Below, one piece after another: positions 59,764 through 64,000 of a stretch of 64,000 bases of DNA; position 1 is the stretch's first letter, and each line of letters opens with the position of its first letter. The DNA is from Patescibacteria group bacterium (GTDB lineage Bacteria; Patescibacteriota; Minisyncoccia; CAIUEV01; JAHKAQ01). The translations under genes and the position numbers were made by a program. Under the pieces are notes generated by a model, which saw nothing but the letters and a program-made list of their open reading frames with translations, ran no database searches and was not told where the DNA came from. The stretch lies in contig JAYEHH010000037.1 in the NCBI GenBank assembly GCA_034716235.1, positions 566 to 64,565 of the forward strand, written 5' to 3'.

Positions 59764-59795
<32 letters not shown>

Positions 59796-59914
59796 AGACG
59801 GGGATCCGCACAAGCGGTGGAGCGTCCGGTTTAATTCGATAATAAGCGTGGAACCTTACCAGGACTTGACATCCCACGATAGCTTTAGAAATAAAGTTTC
59901 CTTCGGGCGTGGTG

Positions 59915-59945
<31 letters not shown>

Positions 59946-60257
59946 CTGTGAAGTGTTCCGTTAAGTCGGGAAACGAGCGCAACCCTTGTCATGTGTTAAA
60001 TTTCTCACATGATACTGCTCGGGTTAACCGAGAGGAAGGCAGGGATGACGTCAAATCAGCATGGCCCTTATGTCCTGGGCTACACGGGCGCTACAATGGC
60101 AAATACAAAGGGTAGCCAAGTCGTAAGACGGAGCTAATCCTCCAAAGTTTGTCTTAGTTCGGATTGAAGGCTGCAACTCGCCTTCATGAAGCTGGAATCG
60201 CTAGTAATCGTGAATCAGCCACGTCACGGTGAATATGTTCCCGGATCTTGTACTCAC

Positions 60258-61176
60258 AATAAAAGCGCCAGGCAGTTTAATAATCCAGAGAGTTAAAATC
60301 TCTCCCTCTGTTCGTCGCAGAGCGTAATAGAAAGATAGGCCTTAAACCGCGAGGTTGAGGCTGAAGGATCTTAAAATAAACTGCAGTCAGATATTTTCAC
60401 AGGCAGTATTGACCCTTGATTGGGCGGTGAGCATGGGGAAAATACGCTAAAAATGCCTATCTGAATGCAGGGAACGGAGTATTAAATAACCCTGGGAGAT
60501 CTTATATTGTCCCACCCAAATTTTTAGTGACTAATAAAAATTGTTATATATTTATTATATGATGAGTAGTCACCATAAATTTGGGCGGGTAATGAAACTT
60601 AAGCAATGTAAGAAGTCAGCTGAGTCATAGTAACTTTCAATGCTATATTGAAACGAAGGACTCATTTTAATGTTATGAAGAAAATAAATTTCGACTATAT
60701 CGTTGGATTGGTAGATGGAGAAGGAAGTTTTACGGTTTATGTAAAAAATCCCTATCTATTGAAAAAAGTAAAGCGTCGATCCAAGGTAGAACCAAGATTT
60801 TATCTTAAGCTTATAGACAAAGATAAAGAGAGTCTCTATAAGCTAAAAGAATTTTTTGGGTGCGGAAATGTTTATTTTCAAAGAGATAGAAGAGCCAACC
60901 ATAGAAATTGTTATCGGTATGAAGTAGTAGCAAGGCAAAATTTGCAGAAGATTATAATACCTTTTTTCAAGAAACATGAATTGAGATTGAGATCAAAGGC
61001 TTATGATTTTAAAATTTTCTGTAAAATAATGGAAAAAATAATAAGGAAAGAACATTTAACTCAAAATGGTTTGGAAAGAATATTCTTCTTGAAGATGAAA
61101 ATGCATTAGAACTCGTCGTATGCGGGAAATCCGCAGGTACGATGGGAACGTCAATGCCAAGTTTCTGGCAGATAAT
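60258..61176 (+). mobile_element. Group II (IIC-like) intron in 16S rRNA
   Basis: Splits TGTACTCAC|CGCCCGTCAC; ACCCTGGGAGATCT and AGAAGTCAGCTGAGTCATAGTA motifs; DV-like hairpin 61112-61146; ends in AT. Confidence 0.82.
60675..61109 (+). CDS. Single-motif LAGLIDADG homing endonuclease
   Basis: YIVGLVDGEGSF, FFGCG.V, IIPFF....L..K..DF..F. Confidence 0.92.
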   Translation: MKKINFDYIVGLVDGEGSFTVYVKNPYLLKKVKRRSKVEPRFYLKLIDKDKESLYKLKEFFGCGNVYFQRDRRANHRNCYRYEVVARQNLQKIIIPFFKKHELRLRSKAYDFKIFCKIMEKIIRKEHLTQNGLERIFFLKMKMH

Positions 61177-62146
61177 CGCCCGTCACACCAAGAGAGTTGG
61201 TAAGTCCTGAAAGATCGCTTTAAGCGGCATTACGGACAGATCAGCAATAGGGGTGAAGTCGTAACAAGGTATCCGTAGGGGAATCTGCGGATGGATCACC
61301 TCCTTTCTAGGGAGAAAAATCTTGATTGCTTTCTCGTTTTTCACGAGATACCTGCAATCTACATTGGTCGAGAGATAACCTAAATTTATTTAGAATATCT
61401 TTCTGATAAGTTTGATTTTATCAAGCTTATCAAGGTTCTGGAGAGACCTAAACTGCTCCACTAAGTCCTCAGCAGAGTACGCCGAGGCATGTTGGGTAAC
61501 CATATAAAATTAGAATTTAAAAATCTTGTTTGTTAAGTTTTGGGAAGAGTTTGAGAGCAAAAATTGGCACAGAGCCGAAGCTTAAACCTCCATATGCCAC
61601 TCGTGTGGTAATACATTGAAAAATGTCGGAGTTGCTCGGACTTTTAGTAAAAGAGCCGTAGAGAATTTTCTACAATCTGCTCAAGTCATTATTGACTATA
61701 AACAAGGGATGGCACAGAATCAGCTGACTGCGCTGGGTTAAACCAATTAAGCCCACCCTCTTTCAAACTTTCCCAATCAATTTTAGGGAATCTAATATGA
61801 TTCCCTCCAAAACTTAGCAAACAAGTAATAAATTTCTCCGGAAACGATTCTGAAGAACTAAAAAGGGGGGAGATTTTAAAAAGACACCCGAGTGGGTGTT
61901 TTTTGAGTTGGGGGAGGTATTCTCCCTTGACTTCCACCCCCACGAAGCTAATTTGTCCTTGTTAATAATTAAACAATGACAAACTTATATAAAATTTCAT
62001 CTCTCAAAGAATTCAAAGCCACAACACGAGAAATAGTAGGAGAGCGTCACATTTAATTTGGTTAATTGTAACATTTATGTTATAATTAGAGCATAAAAAT
62101 GTTACAATTATTTTGGGTAAAAGAGTAAGATCTAATTTGTTTTTCT

Positions 62147-62893
62147 CTACACCTGAATTTTTGAAAAAGAATAGCTTCCAATTAATAAAAACAAAAAAGC
62201 GACAGCGAGGAGAACACTAATATCGGTTAATAATCCAAATTGAGAAATGTCTGTTAAGATATTTCTCAAAGCGTCTACTCCGTAAGTAAGAGGATTTATT
62301 TTTGCTAAGGAGACGATAGTTTTCGGCAGACCCTCTAGCGGGAATAAAGCTCCAGAGAGAAAAAATAAAGGCATGACTAAAAAATTTACGATTAGATGAA
62401 AGCCTTGCATATCTTCTAGGTGAGAAGCAATAGCCGTTCCTAAAGCGGTAAAAAGTAAGGATACCAAAAGCATAATAGAGATAGCAAAGAAAATATTTAA
62501 ATAGCTGATAGGACGAAATCCGGCGGCTAGAGACATCAGTAATACTAAAATCCCTTGTGTGGTAGCTACTGTAGCTCCTCCTAATGTTCGGCCGAGCATA
62601 ATATTAAAGCGTGAAATTGGGGCTACCAAAGTTTCTTTTAGAAAGCCGAACTGCCGGTCCCAGATTAGTTCCATGCCTGAAAAAGTAGCGGAAAAGATAA
62701 TGCTCATTCCGATAATTCCCGGAGCTAAAAATTCTAGATAGTTGCCCTCTCCCGCTTTTTGGAAGATTGGTCCGAAGCCGTAACCTAAAGCTAGCAAGAA
62801 AAGCAAAGGCTGAGCCAAAGATCCTATTAATCTGGATTTGGAACGAAAATGTCGTTTGATTTGCCTAAGCCATAAAATATAGATTGCGTTCAT
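62147..62893 (-). CDS. ABC-2 type exporter permease
   Basis: LAQPL, FLAPGI, DRQFGFLKE.LVAP, FLSGALFP, NPLTYGVDALR. Confidence 0.92.
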   Translation of the reverse strand: MNAIYILWLRQIKRHFRSKSRLIGSLAQPLLFLLALGYGFGPIFQKAGEGNYLEFLAPGIIGMSIIFSATFSGMELIWDRQFGFLKETLVAPISRFNIMLGRTLGGATVATTQGILVLLMSLAAGFRPISYLNIFFAISIMLLVSLLFTALGTAIASHLEDMQGFHLIVNFLVMPLFFLSGALFPLEGLPKTIVSLAKINPLTYGVDALRNILTDISQFGLLTDISVLLAVAFLFLLIGSYSFSKIQV

Positions 62894-62899
62894 TTTAAA

Positions 62900-63685
62900 T
62901 TAGCGCTTATTTCTAAATAATCTCATTCGATCAATACCAGTACCTATTTCCTCCCGAATGTTTTTCCCTGTTAGTTTCAAAAAAGCTTTCTCGAGTGAAC
63001 TGGCGTCGGTTTTCTCTTTTAACTCTTTAGCGGATCCATCCGCAATTATTTTCCCATTATCTATAATAACAATGCGTTTAGCAATTTTTTCTGCCTCTTC
63101 CAAATAATGAGTGGTAAAGAATATGGTAGTTTTATTTTTCGTATTTAATTTTTGAATATAGTGCCAAACATGATTTCTGGTTTGCGAATCAAGTCCTAAG
63201 GTTGGTTCATCTAAGAAAAGTATTTTAGGGTGGTGAATAAATCCGCGGGCGATTTCTAGTCGGCGCTTCATCCCACTGGAGAATTTTTTTACTAGATCTT
63301 TCCTGCGGTCCCACAATTCTACGAATTTTAATAATTCTTTAACTCTTTCCCGTCGCACTTTCCGAGGGATACTATAAAGTATTCCATGAAACTCCATATT
63401 TTCGTAGGCGGTAAGTTCATCATCTAGACTGGGATCTTGAAAAACGATTCCAAAAGACCGCCGTACTTCGTTTGGATCTTTCAGAGTGTCGTAGCCGTTA
63501 ATTTTTATTCGGCCGCTATTTTGCCGCAGAAGAGTAGTAAGCATTTTTATGGTGGTTGACTTGCCAGCGCCGTTTGGTCCTAAAAAAGCAAAAAGTTCTC
63601 CCTTTTTAACGCTGAAGGAAATATTATCAACGGCAGTTAAGCCGTTGAATTTTTTAGTGAGATTTTTTACTTGGATTGCTTCCAT
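62900..63685 (-). CDS. ABC transporter ATP-binding protein (DrrA-like)
   Basis: GPNGAGKST, FSSGM signature, LDEPTLGLD, TTHY. Confidence 0.94.
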   Translation of the reverse strand: MEAIQVKNLTKKFNGLTAVDNISFSVKKGELFAFLGPNGAGKSTTIKMLTTLLRQNSGRIKINGYDTLKDPNEVRRSFGIVFQDPSLDDELTAYENMEFHGILYSIPRKVRRERVKELLKFVELWDRRKDLVKKFSSGMKRRLEIARGFIHHPKILFLDEPTLGLDSQTRNHVWHYIQKLNTKNKTTIFFTTHYLEEAEKIAKRIVIIDNGKIIADGSAKELKEKTDASSLEKAFLKLTGKNIREEIGTGIDRMRLFRNKR

Positions 63686-64000
63686 AGAGGCAGGCTATAA
63701 AAAAGTAAGAATGGAATTTTTTATTGCACTCCTTCTTTATAGCATTATTGGTTAGATTCTCAAGGGTTGTTTATTTAATTGTTAGCTTATTTGAAACTAA
63801 CGAATTTTGTAAATAACGCTAGGGTAGCTTTCTTCCGATAGGAGCATTAGTCTTTAACACTTGAGCCAGGGTGTAAAAACCCTGGTTTTATTTTAGTCTA
63901 GATCGTCAAGGGGATTACAAAAACGATCTTCTCCGAATTTTCCGGTAGATATTAGTTTCTTGGGAATTATTAAAACTTTCTAAAGTTTTTATTAAAGCTT

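Noticed and set aside
60258-61176. Group I intron interpretation (suggested by the LAGLIDADG ORF)
   Set aside because: The insertion follows C and ends in AT rather than following U and ending in G, and group II DII/DIII/DV motifs are present.
61689-61943. 84-aa minus-strand ORF
   Set aside because: It runs through a terminator-like hairpin and has no motif or clear initiation signal.
62064-62109. AT-rich inverted repeat AATTGTAACATTTATG...CATAAAAATGTTACAATT (similarly 41510-41531)
   Set aside because: Most simply a 3'-end hairpin of the upstream minus-strand gene; nothing supports a more specific role.

Overview
AT-rich bacterial chromosome segment, most likely from a Patescibacteria (CPR) genome. 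The evidence is the missing rpmD/uL30, the divergent insertion-bearing 16S rRNA gene not followed by 23S, PduL+AckA acetate metabolism and mostly Shine-Dalgarno (SD)-less genes. Bases 1-15052 hold the str/S10/spc ribosomal protein cluster, with an HD-domain gene between fusA and tuf and no secY after rplO. Next comes an accessory region: an Ssn-like GIY-YIG nuclease in a palindrome cassette, a secreted hydrolase, a truncated DpnA-like methylase plus DpnI-like endonuclease, and glycoside hydrolases and glycosyltransferases. Housekeeping genes follow (metG, tatD, tRNA-Leu, UvrD-nuclease, prmC/prfA/rpmE, pgk-eno-gpmI-pfkB-pduL-ackA, recJ, rnhA, tsaC), then the 16S gene and an ABC-2 exporter. Main highlights: (i) a IIC-like group II intron in the 16S decoding region that encodes a LAGLIDADG nuclease instead of a reverse transcriptase, has non-canonical ends and a guide loop complementary to both exons; (ii) a four-helix-bundle intervening sequence in 16S helix 6; (iii) two tandem promoter-to-terminator non-coding units carrying anti-SD CCUCCU; (iv) a hierarchy of nested palindromic and 7-9-mer repeats in many intergenic spaces. 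All calls were made by eye from motifs; no searches or folding programs were run.
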